This document shows positions 31,810 to 32,000 of a stretch of 32,000 bases of DNA, piece by piece. Origin of the DNA: Candidatus Karelsulcia muelleri PSPU (GTDB lineage: Bacteria; Bacteroidota; Bacteroidia; Flavobacteriales; Blattabacteriaceae); assembly GCF_000829155.1 (NCBI RefSeq), contig NZ_AP013293.1:1-32000 (forward strand). Direction: 5' to 3'. Positions within the stretch are counted from its first letter, which is position 1. The number at the start of each line of letters is the position of its first letter. Position numbers and translations under genes: made by a program. A model generated the notes under the pieces. It had not been told where the DNA came from, searched no databases, and worked only from the letters and a program-made list of their open reading frames with translations.

Positions 31810-32000
31810 TTAAATTAATTTATTTATTTTTAATGATAAATCTAAAAATACTATTTTAACCATAGCATGATTTTCTATATCGTAAATAGCTTTATTTATT
31901 TCCATGCTTATTTTTTCTATATTTTTTGTATTTATATAAATACAAAAATTATACCAATTAAATTTATTATAAGTAATAGGTATTTCTTTTATTAAAAGAT
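31810..32000 (-). CDS. C-terminal fragment of an unidentified protein (runs off the window)
   Basis: Open minus-strand frame, hand-read: ...LLIKEIPITYNKFNWYNFCIYINTKNIEKISMEINKAIYDIENHAMVKIVFLDLSLKINKLI*, stop adjacent to the lepA start. Confidence 0.45.
   Translation of the reverse strand, partial: LLIKEIPITYNKFNWYNFCIYINTKNIEKISMEINKAIYDIENHAMVKIVFLDLSLKINKLI

Overview
This 32 kb window is an extremely A/T-rich, tightly packed housekeeping segment. Its protein content and compaction point to a reduced Bacteroidota/Flavobacteriales insect-endosymbiont-type genome (Karelsulcia, Shikimatogenerans, Uzinura or Blattabacterium-like). That assignment is an inference; I could not run a search. Gene order is lipB(+), yidC(+), hisS(-), valS(+), dnaN(+), pheT(+), aroB(+), gyrA(+), rpsA(+), NDH-2 ndh(+), rho(-), prfA(+), a small membrane ORF(+), aspS(-), aroQ(+), ysxC/engB(-), fabF(-), acpP(-), atpC(-), atpD(-), rsmA/ksgA(+), tRNA-fMet(+), ileS(+), lspA(+), tRNA-Asn(-), lepA(-), and an unidentified C-terminal fragment(-). 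I found no phage, transposon, CRISPR, toxin or defence system. The observations most worth a second look are: (1) an apparent 1-nt deletion frameshift in lepA near 31544, outside any homopolymer; (2) a perfect 42-bp palindrome in the long lipB-yidC gap; (3) a PheT that lacks the N-terminal EMAP/tRNA-binding domain; (4) rho sequence matching the family upstream of the first ATG, with no ATG/GTG/TTG start in frame; (5) an lspA frame reading 55 nt into the antisense of tRNA-Asn, part of a pattern of overlapping convergent genes; (6) an unexplained intergenic block with a G-run between tRNA-fMet and ileS; (7) a 43-aa membrane ORF missed by the ORF track.
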